64,000 nt of DNA from Dehalococcoidia bacterium (lineage in GTDB: Bacteria > Chloroflexota > Dehalococcoidia > Plut-88900): assembly GCA_965249275.1 (NCBI GenBank), contig CBDFLQ010000006.1:512001-576000 (forward strand). Direction: 5' to 3'. The position numbers were made by a program, and so were the translations under genes. Under the pieces are notes generated by a model that searched no databases, was not told the DNA's origin, and saw nothing but the letters and a program-made list of their open reading frames with translations. How positions within the stretch are numbered: position 1 is the stretch's first letter; each line of letters starts with the position of its first letter. Positions 19,332 to 29,264 of the stretch are shown here, piece by piece.

Positions 19332-20579
19332 ATGAAGTTTCAACTTTTTGTATTGCCAACAATTCCGGGCATTCTGGAAGACGGAGAGCGGCTCCGTCCT
19401 ATAGCCCGGAACAACGACCGTTTCCAGGAGATGCTGGAACAGGTGAGGCAGATCTGCATCTTGGGCGATGAGCTCGGGTTTGACTGCTTCTCCACCACCG
19501 AGCACCACTTCCACTCGGAAGGGTACGAATGCTCGGTGGCGCCGCTTGTGCTGTATTCAAACCTCGCAGCGCAGACCAAGAGGATAAAGTTCGGGCCGCT
19601 GGGGCTCGTGCTCCCGTCCTGGGATCCGATCCGGTGCGCAGAAGAGATCGCGATGCTGGACCACCTGACCAAGGGTCGGGTGATCGCGGGGTTCGCCCGA
19701 GGCTACCAGGACAGGTGGGTGAACGTCATGGGCCAGCAGTACAAGGCCATCGCCGCTCAGTCCGACGAAAGCGCCGGCGACTCCCACAATCGTGAGATCT
19801 TCGAGGAGATCTTTCACATCATCAAGCTTGCATGGACCGAGGACGCGTTTTCCTATAAGGGAAAGTACTACCAGGTGCCATACCCCTACGAGGAGGGGAT
19901 CAGAAACTGGCCCGCGCAGAAGTGGACAGGTAGTCATGGCGCCCCTGGCGAGTTAGACGAGGAAGGGACAATTCGCAAGGTGTGCGTGGTGCCCAAGCCC
20001 TACCAGCAGCCCCACCCTCCCATTTTCAACGCCTTCTCGGTAAGCGAAAGTACGGTGCGATGGGCGGCAAAGGAGGGAACGATACCCCACATCCAGATCT
20101 CCCTCCCGGAGTCTTTCAACCGGCTTTGCCACGTTTATCAGGACGTGGCCCGGGAGAATGGACGGGACCTGAAGCTGGGCGAGAGCGTCGGGGCGTCAAG
20201 GGTGGTGTACACGGGCAAGACCTACGAGGAAGCTTACAAGCTTGCCGAAGAGACGCTGGGCTGGAGCTACGCCGTATACTACAACCAGTTCGGGTTCGCA
20301 GAGGGGTTCCGGTATCCGGGTGAGGACGCACCAAGACCGTTGACCTTCAAAAGCAAGGCCGCCGCCACTGAGCGGCTCGTTGACCAGGGCTATGGCATAG
20401 TGGGCACGGTGGATGACGTGAAGCGGAAGCTGGAAGACCTGCAACGCTGCCACGAGGACGGCGACGGCGACCTGGAATGGTTCGGGTTCCTGGTAGATCA
20501 GGGCATGTATCCGCTGGAGGAGGTGCTGGAGCAGGTCCACACCTTCGGTACCAAGATCATGCCGGAGTTCCAAGGATAA
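19332..20579 (+). CDS. LLM-class flavin-dependent oxidoreductase
   Basis: TEHHFHSEG, AMLDHLTKGR, GFARGYQDRW, PKPYQQPHPP. Confidence 0.9.
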   Translation: MKFQLFVLPTIPGILEDGERLRPIARNNDRFQEMLEQVRQICILGDELGFDCFSTTEHHFHSEGYECSVAPLVLYSNLAAQTKRIKFGPLGLVLPSWDPIRCAEEIAMLDHLTKGRVIAGFARGYQDRWVNVMGQQYKAIAAQSDESAGDSHNREIFEEIFHIIKLAWTEDAFSYKGKYYQVPYPYEEGIRNWPAQKWTGSHGAPGELDEEGTIRKVCVVPKPYQQPHPPIFNAFSVSESTVRWAAKEGTIPHIQISLPESFNRLCHVYQDVARENGRDLKLGESVGASRVVYTGKTYEEAYKLAEETLGWSYAVYYNQFGFAEGFRYPGEDAPRPLTFKSKAAATERLVDQGYGIVGTVDDVKRKLEDLQRCHEDGDGDLEWFGFLVDQGMYPLEEVLEQVHTFGTKIMPEFQG

Positions 20580-20639
20580 ACATATATCGGGGGTGGCGCT
20601 GGCGCGCCACCCCCACCCGGCATAGGAGGTATTCCCGCA

Positions 20640-21746
20640 ATGACCTCTTCAGTAACCGAAAAGGCATCCCCTATCTGGAGGACTCTGCCCAGTCGCTACT
20701 ATTGGGCCGAGGACATCTACGAACTTGAAAAAGAGCGCATCTTTTACGACTCCTGGCTGTATGTCGGCCGGGTCGCCCAGATCCCGAACCCCGGCGACTT
20801 CATAACACAGGACATCGTCGACGAGAGTGTCATCATAGTTAGGGACAAGCACGGCATCATAAACGCCTTCTCCAACGTTTGCCGACACCGGGGTAACAAG
20901 TTGTGCGGTGTGGCGTCTGGGAAATTCAAGGGCAGCGCCATATCTTGCGGCTACCACGGTTGGACCTACGATCTGGACGGCGAGCTTATAGCCACGCCGA
21001 ACATGATAGGCACTGAGGGATTTCGCAAGGGAGACTTCCCCCTGTATCCCGTGGCTCTTCACTTTTGGGAGGGTGGCATCTTCGTCAACCTGTCTCCCAA
21101 CCCCGAACCCTTTAACCCTGGGGTCGGGCCACTGGCGGACATATTGGCGCGGTACAACCTCGCGAACCTGGAAGTTGCGGAGCGCAGGGAATACCACATC
21201 GACGCTAACTGGAAGCTGGTCCAGGAGAATAACGTAGAGTGTTACCACTGCCCGTCAATCCACCCCGAGCTCTGCGCTATACAGCCGAACGTCAGGAGGG
21301 GCAACATAGGCGCCTCTAACAGCGATGGCAACCCGCTCATAGAAGGCGGAAACTCCTTCACGCTGGACGCTACGACTAACAGGCCCCTCATCAGCACCAT
21401 AACTCCGGAGGATGAAGGCCGCTTCCGAAGCACCCCCGTATGGCCCGCCTTCTTCCTGGGCTTTCTGCCTGACCACGTCTTCACTTTCAACGTCTGGCCG
21501 ACGGGAATAGAGAAGAGCACGGTGGTGATGGAGTGGCTGTTCGAGCCCTCAACCATCGCCATGCCGGACTTTGCCCCGAGCGACACGGTGGAATTCCTTG
21601 ACACGGTCGTGAGACAGGACTTCGGCATCTGCCACGAGGTGCAGAAGGGTATTAAGTCCCGGGCGCACAAGTCGGGGGTCTACGCACCTAACGAGTTCCT
21701 TCCCCACGAGTTCAACGAATGGGTCAGGGCAAGGGTGGATCGATAG
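20640..21746 (+). CDS. Rieske non-heme iron oxygenase alpha subunit (GbcA/choline-monooxygenase-like)
   Basis: Rieske motif CRHRG...CGYHGW; mononuclear Fe motif ENNVECYHCPSIH. Confidence 0.92.
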   Translation: MTSSVTEKASPIWRTLPSRYYWAEDIYELEKERIFYDSWLYVGRVAQIPNPGDFITQDIVDESVIIVRDKHGIINAFSNVCRHRGNKLCGVASGKFKGSAISCGYHGWTYDLDGELIATPNMIGTEGFRKGDFPLYPVALHFWEGGIFVNLSPNPEPFNPGVGPLADILARYNLANLEVAERREYHIDANWKLVQENNVECYHCPSIHPELCAIQPNVRRGNIGASNSDGNPLIEGGNSFTLDATTNRPLISTITPEDEGRFRSTPVWPAFFLGFLPDHVFTFNVWPTGIEKSTVVMEWLFEPSTIAMPDFAPSDTVEFLDTVVRQDFGICHEVQKGIKSRAHKSGVYAPNEFLPHEFNEWVRARVDR

Positions 21747-21835
21747 AGGTCTTCAAGATTGGACTTTGAGTGGACAAGCCCGGATAATGGGGCCGTCCCA
21801 ATGGCATAAATTAGTGTTTCCTGGGGAGGATTAAC

Positions 21836-23071
21836 ATGGGCTACACAGGCAAGGTTATCTCCGGGGACTGCCACGTGGACATACCGTGGCTGCCCGCAGA
21901 CCTATTCACCTCCAACGCTCCGTCCCATCTCAAAGACCGGATGCCCCACGTGGAGGACACCAAGGATGGCGAGCAGTGGTTCGCCGGGGGCAGGCAACTC
22001 GGTTGCGTTGGGGGCGCCGGCATCGGACTGCAGCCCAGTCTATTCTGGGACCCATATGTGCCGGGAGTCTCCACTCGGCTGGACCGGATGGAGGAACAGA
22101 ATTTCTTCACCGATGCTCAACAGGGCCTGTTCCACCCCACCACCCCCGAGTTGAGGATCAAAGACCAGGAGACCGACGGGATCAAGGGTGAGGTGCTATA
22201 CGGCGTCCTGGCCCTGGCCAGCGGCTTTGGATCGACTCAAGGTGAAGAAGGTGCAGTCATAGGCGGTGACGAGCCCAGCGGCCCTGGTTACGGCCTCACC
22301 GACCCGGATGCCATCCTCTCAGCCTTCGACATCTATAACCAGTACATAGCTGACTTTTGCAACACCAACCCGGATAGATTAGCGGCCCTTGCCTGCCTAT
22401 TTGCCCGGGACCCGAAAGAGGCTGCCCGCCAAGTCCATCGTGCTGCGGAACTGGGGCTCAAGGGGACCGAGCTTAACGTGAGCTCCACCGAAGAGCCCAT
22501 TTATCTTCGGGACTGGGACCCCTTGTGGGCCGCTGTGGACGAGTCGGGATTGCCGATATCGTTCCACACGGTCGGGCTGTCGCCCAAGGCGCCGAAGAGG
22601 GACACCACAGCGTCAGAAAGGGCGATCATGACAGGTGTGGCCCTGACGGTATTCCAGCTCTCTGGGGCGGAATTTGTATCCAGCATCATCCTTTCCGGCG
22701 CATGCGAGCGGTACCCGAACATGAAGTTCGTCCTGGGAGAATGCGGCGTCGGGTGGCTGCCCTACGTCCTGTTCAGGATGGACGACGAGGCCGAGCGCTG
22801 GAAGATCGCAGAGCACGGCCTGAAAATGAAGCCGTCCGAATACTGGCACCGCCAAGGATATTCCACTTTCCAGATCGAGTACCTCACCAATGAGATGGTG
22901 GAGACGGTGGGAGAGGACAACATCCTTTGGGGCTCCGACTACCCACACCCCGACTGCGTGTGGCCCGACTCCCGGTCCGTCATCGATGAGAACCTGAGCC
23001 ACCTGGACGAGGGCAAGCTAAAGAAGATCGTGTGTGATAACACGGCCAAATTGTACGGTTTCCCCAACTAA
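21836..23071 (+). CDS. Amidohydrolase family protein (Amidohydro_2)
   Basis: ISGDCH, SFHT, GECGVGWLPY, WGSDYPHPD. Confidence 0.9.
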   Translation: MGYTGKVISGDCHVDIPWLPADLFTSNAPSHLKDRMPHVEDTKDGEQWFAGGRQLGCVGGAGIGLQPSLFWDPYVPGVSTRLDRMEEQNFFTDAQQGLFHPTTPELRIKDQETDGIKGEVLYGVLALASGFGSTQGEEGAVIGGDEPSGPGYGLTDPDAILSAFDIYNQYIADFCNTNPDRLAALACLFARDPKEAARQVHRAAELGLKGTELNVSSTEEPIYLRDWDPLWAAVDESGLPISFHTVGLSPKAPKRDTTASERAIMTGVALTVFQLSGAEFVSSIILSGACERYPNMKFVLGECGVGWLPYVLFRMDDEAERWKIAEHGLKMKPSEYWHRQGYSTFQIEYLTNEMVETVGEDNILWGSDYPHPDCVWPDSRSVIDENLSHLDEGKLKKIVCDNTAKLYGFPN

Positions 23072-23130
23072 ACTAATCCCGTAATTTCGAGGTCTAGGCA
23101 GTCAATAGCACTTCTTATAGGAGGGCGGCC

Positions 23131-24357
23131 ATGAGCTATACGGGCAAGGTTATATCGGGGGACTGTCACCTGGACATTCCCTGGCTGCCGGAAGACCTGT
23201 TCACTTCCCGGGGCCCGGCTCACCTGAAAGACAAGATGCCCCGGGTGAAGGAAACCGACCAGGGCCTCAAGTGGTTCTCCGAAGACCGTGTACTTGGTTG
23301 GGTTGGAGGCGCCGGAATCGGCGTGAGGCCCGGGGGTTGGGACCCGTATGTCTCGGGAATGTCCAAGCGGCTGGACCGTATGGAGGAGCTTAAATTCTTC
23401 TCCGACGCCAACAACAGGGTCCTGCGCCCCGGCACCGCAGATTTAAGAATCAAGGACCAGGACTCCGACGGCGTGAGTGGCGAAGTGATATACGGCGTAC
23501 TGGGGCTTGGCGGGTTTGCCGGCCAAAACGAATCGGAGAGTGCGCCGGTTATGGGCGACGAGCCCTCGGGCCCCGGCTACGGCATACAGGACCCGGAGGT
23601 GATTACCGCCGTCTACGATGCCTACAGTGAGTGGATGTCGGGCTTTTGCAAGACCAACCCGGACCGGCTGGTGGGCCTCACCTGTCTCAGTCCCAACGAC
23701 CCGAACATTGCCGCCGCCCAGCTACGGCGGGCCTCGGACCTCGGTCTCAGGGGCGCGGAGATGAACGTCGCCTCCGCCACCGACCCCCTCTATCACAAGA
23801 ACTGGGATGCGCTGTGGGAAGCCGCCGACGAGACCGGCCTGCCCATATCCTTCCACACCGTCGGCATCGCGCCCCGATCCCCGAAACCCGAGGAGGTAGA
23901 GGACTACCACTGGGTGCTGAACGGCCTCGTAATCACCATGTTCCAGCTAGCCGGCGCCGAATACCTGGCCAGCATAATATACGGCGGGGCACTGGACCGT
24001 TACCCCAACTTCAAATTCATCCTGGGCGAGTGCGGCATTGCCTGGATCCCCTACGTCCTGTTTCGCATGGACGACGAGTACGAAAGGCAGCTCTTCCACC
24101 TGGGTCTCAGCATGAAGCCCAGCGAATACTGGGCCCGCCAGGGTTACTCAACCTTCCAGATCGAGCACCTGACAAACGAGATGATAGACGTGGTCGGCGA
24201 GGACAACATCATGTGGGGCTCGGACTACCCGCACCCCGATTGTGTCTGGCCCGACTCCCGGACAGTGATCAACGAGCATCTCGGTCATCTCGATGAGTCC
24301 AAGATAAGGAAGCTGGTCTGCGACAACACGGCGAAGCTATACGGGTTTCCGAACTAG
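23131..24357 (+). CDS. Amidohydrolase family protein (Amidohydro_2)
   Basis: ISGDCH, SFHT, WGSDYPHPDCVWPDSR; tandem paralog of 21836-23071. Confidence 0.9.
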   Translation: MSYTGKVISGDCHLDIPWLPEDLFTSRGPAHLKDKMPRVKETDQGLKWFSEDRVLGWVGGAGIGVRPGGWDPYVSGMSKRLDRMEELKFFSDANNRVLRPGTADLRIKDQDSDGVSGEVIYGVLGLGGFAGQNESESAPVMGDEPSGPGYGIQDPEVITAVYDAYSEWMSGFCKTNPDRLVGLTCLSPNDPNIAAAQLRRASDLGLRGAEMNVASATDPLYHKNWDALWEAADETGLPISFHTVGIAPRSPKPEEVEDYHWVLNGLVITMFQLAGAEYLASIIYGGALDRYPNFKFILGECGIAWIPYVLFRMDDEYERQLFHLGLSMKPSEYWARQGYSTFQIEHLTNEMIDVVGEDNIMWGSDYPHPDCVWPDSRTVINEHLGHLDESKIRKLVCDNTAKLYGFPN

Positions 24358-24400
24358 GAGTTGACCAGAGAGCGATTAGAGTCTAGCGGGGAGGCGGAAT

Positions 24401-26110
24401 ATGTCTGAGTTCGATGCCGTAATCAGGAACGGGACGGTAGTTGAGGCTACGGGGATACCGGCGTACAGGGCCGACGTCGGGATCAAGAACGGCAAGATTG
24501 CCCAGATAAGCGGCCGCATCAAGGGCTCCGGGGCTCGGGAACTGGATGCCACAGGGTGCATCGTTGCGCCGGGCGCGGTTGAACAGCACGCCCACTACGA
24601 CGGTCAGATCAACTGGGACCCGTACTGCAGTCTGTCCGGCTGGCATGGCATGACGTCGATGACCATAGGGCACTGTGGCTATGGAGTCGCCCCCGTGAGG
24701 CCCGAGGATCGGGAAGCCAACATGCAGCTCCACTCCCGCATAGAGGCTATACCACTTCATTCGATGCGGGCGGGCATTCGCTGGGACTGGGTCACATTCC
24801 CAGAGTACCTGGACAGCCTCCAACGGCAGGGTGTAGGAGTGAACGTGGGCGCAATGTTCGCGTATTCTCCCGCACGGGTATGGGTGATGGGAGCAGAAGA
24901 GGCAGCGAACAGGGCAGCGGTCACTAAAGAGGAACTGGACCAGATTCTTGCTCTATTCAGGGAAGCGCTGGACGCGGGAGCCTTCGGTTTCTCTCTGAAC
25001 AAGAACATGGCAGACCGACCGGCAACGGGAGGGTATCTGCCGACCCACGTGGCAGCCGACATCGAGTTCGAATCCCTGGCCCGAGTCCTCGGGGAGTACG
25101 GGCTCGGGGGGATCACGATGACCCTCGGTAGCACGGATGATGAGGGTAGGGACATGCTGGTCGAGAAGCTCGCCCAGGCCAGCGGCCGCCCCGTCCAGTT
25201 CGCCGCCCTGAACTACAGCGACCAGGACCCGGGCCTGTACAAGAAGCAGTTGGCCTGGGTGGAGGGCGCTAAGGCTCGGGGGCTCTCCATTTACGGCCAG
25301 TCCATCGCCATGCCGATAGACCCTAGGTTCAAGCTCTCGGAGTTCAACCTCCTCGACGATATGCCAAATTGGTTCATCGCCCTCCTTGGCACCCGGGAAG
25401 AGAGGATCGAGAGGCTTCAGCGCAAAGAGATACGGGACGGGATGAAGAGGGACATCGCCGAGTGGGAGGAGACGGACTTCCATAAGGACTGGTCAAAGAT
25501 CACTGTGATTGAGACGGTGCACGAGCGAAATTACAAATACGACGGCATGAGCATCGCCGAAATAGCTGCGTCGGAGGGCAAGGACCCCGTGGATGCATGG
25601 CTAGACCTGAGCCTTGACGAAGGTCTGGAAACCGAGTTCAGCCTCTCGGGGCTGATTGGCGGCAACGCCGAGGCGGACGTCGAGACGCTTACTCATCCCC
25701 TGACGCACCCGTCGTTCTCGGATGGCGGCGCCCACGTCCGGTTCTTCACAACCAGCACCTGGCCGACCTACCTGCTGAGCCACTGGGTCCGGGACCAGGG
25801 GGCACTGACCCTCGAACAGGCCCACTACAAGATGAGCGCTCTTCCGGCGTGGCTGGCCGGGTTCCGGGACAGGGGCATCCTCCGGGAAGGCATGGCCGCC
25901 GACACCATCGTCTACAACCTGGACGAGATAGGTTTCGAGACGGACAAGCCCGTGTATGCGACCGACTTCCCCGGCGGCGAGAAGAGACTCATCCAGAAGC
26001 CCAAGGGGATGCGATACATCATGGTCAACGGCACGGTGACTTTCGAGGAGAACAAGTGCACCGGAGCCCTGCCGGGCAACGTCTTGAGAAGCTACGACAT
26101 GATTGGCTAA
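24401..26110 (+). CDS. N-acyl-D-amino-acid deacylase family amidohydrolase
   Basis: IRNGTVV...ADVGIKNGKI, HAHYD, GHCG, SDGGAH, DFPGGEKRL. Confidence 0.88.
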   Translation: MSEFDAVIRNGTVVEATGIPAYRADVGIKNGKIAQISGRIKGSGARELDATGCIVAPGAVEQHAHYDGQINWDPYCSLSGWHGMTSMTIGHCGYGVAPVRPEDREANMQLHSRIEAIPLHSMRAGIRWDWVTFPEYLDSLQRQGVGVNVGAMFAYSPARVWVMGAEEAANRAAVTKEELDQILALFREALDAGAFGFSLNKNMADRPATGGYLPTHVAADIEFESLARVLGEYGLGGITMTLGSTDDEGRDMLVEKLAQASGRPVQFAALNYSDQDPGLYKKQLAWVEGAKARGLSIYGQSIAMPIDPRFKLSEFNLLDDMPNWFIALLGTREERIERLQRKEIRDGMKRDIAEWEETDFHKDWSKITVIETVHERNYKYDGMSIAEIAASEGKDPVDAWLDLSLDEGLETEFSLSGLIGGNAEADVETLTHPLTHPSFSDGGAHVRFFTTSTWPTYLLSHWVRDQGALTLEQAHYKMSALPAWLAGFRDRGILREGMAADTIVYNLDEIGFETDKPVYATDFPGGEKRLIQKPKGMRYIMVNGTVTFEENKCTGALPGNVLRSYDMIG

Positions 26111-26167
26111 GGGTGCGATTCATACGATAACCTTATAGGGGGGCGAGACTCGTCCCCCTATACTTTT

Positions 26168-26497
26168 GTGGACGAGCAGCCAGATATGCGCATAAAAGAA
26201 GGCAACAGGCCCACAGTCCGCCGCGGCGATTCCTTCGAGGTCGAGGTTGACGGTGTTCCGACCCCGGCCCATCACGGTGAGACGGTTGCATCGGTGATGT
26301 TGGCCAGCGGCAGTCGGACGCTACGAAACACCCGGAAGGAGGGCAAGCCTCGGGGGCTGTTTTGCGGTATCGGGGTGTGCTATGACTGTCTGGTGGTGGT
26401 GGATAGAAGGGCTAACGTGCGGGCCTGCATGACTAGGGCCGTACCGGGCATGAAGGTGCGGACGCAGCAAGGCATTGGGGGGGAGGAAGAGGAGTGA
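26168..26497 (+). CDS. (2Fe-2S)-binding subunit, HcnA/OoxA-operon type
   Basis: GLFCGIGVCYDC...RAC motif. Confidence 0.88.
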   Translation: MDEQPDMRIKEGNRPTVRRGDSFEVEVDGVPTPAHHGETVASVMLASGSRTLRNTRKEGKPRGLFCGIGVCYDCLVVVDRRANVRACMTRAVPGMKVRTQQGIGGEEEE

Positions 26498-27900
26498 GCA
26501 GCGTCGACCTGGCGATAATCGGGGCGGGGCCGGCGGGACTATCGGCGGCGCTGGCTGCGGCGTCGTGCGGGCTCCGACCTGTCGTCATCGACGAAAATCC
26601 TGCTCCCGGTGGACAAATCTACCGGCAGCTTCCCGCCGATTTCCGTGTTGAAAGGGCCAAGGCGCTCGGGCACACGTACGAAAAGGGACAAAGACTGCTA
26701 GCCAAAGCGCATCAAGCCAATATCGACATGAGGCTCGGTACGACAGTCTGGGGGTTGTTCGATCCGCTGACTCTCGGGCTGGACAGAGGGGGAAGTGCAG
26801 AGTCGGTGCAGTGCGAGGCCTTGATCCTTGCGACGGGCGGCTACGACCGAGCAGTCCCCTTCCCAGGATGGACACTCCCCGGCGTAATGACTCTCGGCGG
26901 GGCGCAGACGTTGGTAAAGAGCCAGAGGATGCTGCCGGGGAAAAGGATAGTCCTTTCGGGGTCAGGGCCGTTCCTTCTGCCGGTAGCGTCGCAGCTGATA
27001 CGGGGCGGGGCTAAGATCGTCGCATTGCTAGAGGCCTCTCGGCCCACGGGGTGGCTCTCAAAGGCCACTTCACTTTGGGGTCAATGGGAGCGTTTCCAGG
27101 AGGCTTGGGAATACCTGACTCCCTTGGTAAGGGCCCGCATTCGGATGCGGTTTGGGCAGGCAGTAATTGAGGCATTGGGCAGTGACAAGGTGGAAGGGGT
27201 CGTAACAGCGTCTCTGGACAAGGACTGGCGCCCGATACCAGGCTCAGAGCGGACCATCGCCGCGGACGTCGTGGCAGTTGGCTATGGCTTCTCCATCAAC
27301 ACGCAGCTTTCCCGGCTGTGCCGGTGCGATCACGAGTTCAAAGCCGGCTACGGCGGCTGGACCGTCAAGGCCGACTCCCGGCAAGCCACTTCCGTAGCCA
27401 ACGTCTTCGCGGCGGGTGAGGCCACGGGTATCGGGGGTTCGGACATTGCGACGGCCGAGGGCGCCATAGCCGGGTACTCAGCGGCGGAGGCCTTGGGGCG
27501 CATCACGGAGTCGGAAGCTCGGGAGCGTCAGGCGCCCCACGTGAGTAGACTAAGAAAGCTACGGCCCTTCGCCAGGATGATGGCCGAGCTGTTCGCGCCA
27601 AGGGACGGGCTGTTGGAAGTAACCACGCCCGACACCATAGTGTGCAGGTGCGAGGAAGTCTCGGCGGCCCAGGTTAACCAAGCCATCGACTCAGGGGCCA
27701 ATGACGTGAGCGGGGTGAAGTCCAGGACGCGGGTGGGGATGGGGTTTTGCCAGGGTCGAGTGTGCGGGGCGGCGGTGGCAGGGCTGATAGCGCGGCGCAC
27801 GGGGCGGCCTGAGGTCGAGGCGGGGGCCTATACCGGCAGGCCGATAGTGAAGCCCGTGTCGATGGGGGCGCTGGCGAAGATGGAGCAGAGCGAGTCATGA
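26494..27900 (+). CDS. FAD/NAD(P)-dependent oxidoreductase with BFD-like 2Fe-2S domain (HcnB/OoxA-like)
   Basis: GAGPAG, GGQIYR, PFPGWTLPGV, VCRCEEV, GMGFCQGRVC; GTGA overlap. Confidence 0.9.
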   Translation: MSSVDLAIIGAGPAGLSAALAAASCGLRPVVIDENPAPGGQIYRQLPADFRVERAKALGHTYEKGQRLLAKAHQANIDMRLGTTVWGLFDPLTLGLDRGGSAESVQCEALILATGGYDRAVPFPGWTLPGVMTLGGAQTLVKSQRMLPGKRIVLSGSGPFLLPVASQLIRGGAKIVALLEASRPTGWLSKATSLWGQWERFQEAWEYLTPLVRARIRMRFGQAVIEALGSDKVEGVVTASLDKDWRPIPGSERTIAADVVAVGYGFSINTQLSRLCRCDHEFKAGYGGWTVKADSRQATSVANVFAAGEATGIGGSDIATAEGAIAGYSAAEALGRITESEARERQAPHVSRLRKLRPFARMMAELFAPRDGLLEVTTPDTIVCRCEEVSAAQVNQAIDSGANDVSGVKSRTRVGMGFCQGRVCGAAVAGLIARRTGRPEVEAGAYTGRPIVKPVSMGALAKMEQSES

Positions 27901-29057
27901 GTCGAACCGTCGCAACGGCTGACGCGGTGGTGATCGGCGGGGGGATAGTCGGGACTTCCACGGCGTACCACCTGACACGGATGGGAGCCAAGGTGACGCT
28001 GCTGGAACGGGGGGCTATTGCGTCGGGGACTTCAGGGGCGTGCGACGGGCAGATCCTGATCGCTGACCGGCACCCGGGCCCTGAGCTGGAACTGGGCAAG
28101 CTGGCCGTGCGTCGGTGGAAGGAACTAGCCGCCGAGCTCCCGTTCGATGTCGAGTACGAGGTGAATGGGAGCACGCTCATAGCGGAGGTGGAGGAGGACC
28201 TGGGTGTATTGGCCAAGCTGGTGAAGTCACTTCAGGACGAGTCGGTGGCCGCCGAACTGATAGAGGGCCCGGCGGCGCGGGAACTGGAACCCAACCTGGC
28301 GGAAGACATACCCGGCTTGGCCTTCTTCCCGGGGCACGGGCAGGTGCAGCCCCAACTGGCGTCGTGGGCCATGGCGGAGGCGGCGAGGCTTGGCGGGGCG
28401 GACGTTAGGACCTATGCGCCGGTTACCGGGATAGGGAGGGACAGCGATGGAAAAATCTCGGCGGTGTTGGCCGGAAATGACCGGATAGCGACACCTGTGG
28501 TGGTGAATGCGTCGGGGGCGTGGAGTGCGTCGATTGGGGAGATGGTGAGTGTAGAGGTGCCGGTTATACCCCGGCGAGGGCACATCCTGGTGTCGGAGCC
28601 CGCGTCTGCGATAATTAAACACGCTGCGATGGGCGCATCATATACCCGCACAATCGACGCTGAGGCGGCGAGCCTGCAGGTGGCAACGGTTATCGAACAC
28701 ACCAAGAGCGGGCCGATGCTTCTAGGGAGCAGCCGGGAGTTCATAGGGTTCGACGGCTACGAGCAGTTGGCAGCGGTAACGGGCATAGCGGCAGGCGCGG
28801 TACGCTTCTTCCCGGCCTTGGCCGGGGTGCAGATCATGCGGTGCTACACGGGGTTCCGGCCCTACACCGCAGACCACCTACCGATCATCGGGGCTTGTGG
28901 AGCCGTGCCAGGTTTCTACCTGAACACGGGCCACGAGGGTGGCGGGATCTGCATGGGGCCCGTTTCTGGGATGCTGGTGGCACAGTTGATCACGGGGCAG
29001 GATCCGGCGATACCGATGGAGCCGTATAACATTTCCCGGTTTGGGATGAAGGCCTAG
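27897..29057 (+). CDS. FAD-dependent amino-acid oxidase (DadA/HcnC/OoxB-like)
   Basis: GGGIVG, GFRPYTADHLPIIG, GHEGGGI; ATGA overlap. Confidence 0.9.
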   Translation: MSRTVATADAVVIGGGIVGTSTAYHLTRMGAKVTLLERGAIASGTSGACDGQILIADRHPGPELELGKLAVRRWKELAAELPFDVEYEVNGSTLIAEVEEDLGVLAKLVKSLQDESVAAELIEGPAARELEPNLAEDIPGLAFFPGHGQVQPQLASWAMAEAARLGGADVRTYAPVTGIGRDSDGKISAVLAGNDRIATPVVVNASGAWSASIGEMVSVEVPVIPRRGHILVSEPASAIIKHAAMGASYTRTIDAEAASLQVATVIEHTKSGPMLLGSSREFIGFDGYEQLAAVTGIAAGAVRFFPALAGVQIMRCYTGFRPYTADHLPIIGACGAVPGFYLNTGHEGGGICMGPVSGMLVAQLITGQDPAIPMEPYNISRFGMKA

Positions 29058-29090
29058 CGTTTGGCTTTCACCAAAGAGAAGGGCCACCAC

Positions 29091-29170
29091 CCGCTCGACC
29101 CTTTGACTCGGCTCAGGGTGAGCGGCCCCTCCTGGGGATGGATTCCCGATCGGGGTCGGGAATGTCGGAG
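29091..29170. repeat. REP-like palindrome pair
   Basis: CCGCTCGACCCTTTGACTCGGCTCAGGGTGAGCGG and GGATTCCCGATCGGGGTCGGGAAT; related units at 13926, 31451 and 45600. Confidence 0.7.
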
Positions 29171-29264
29171 GGTGGGGACGCATTGCTCGGAGCCCGAGTG
29201 GTTGAAGAAGTGATTTGGCACACCTATAATCGGGCAACGAACTGCCCGTTTAAGGAGAAAATGA

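Noticed and set aside
26168-29057. Calling the trio hydrogen cyanide synthase hcnABC
   Set aside because: The architecture is shared with opine and proline-type dehydrogenases; substrate cannot be read from motifs
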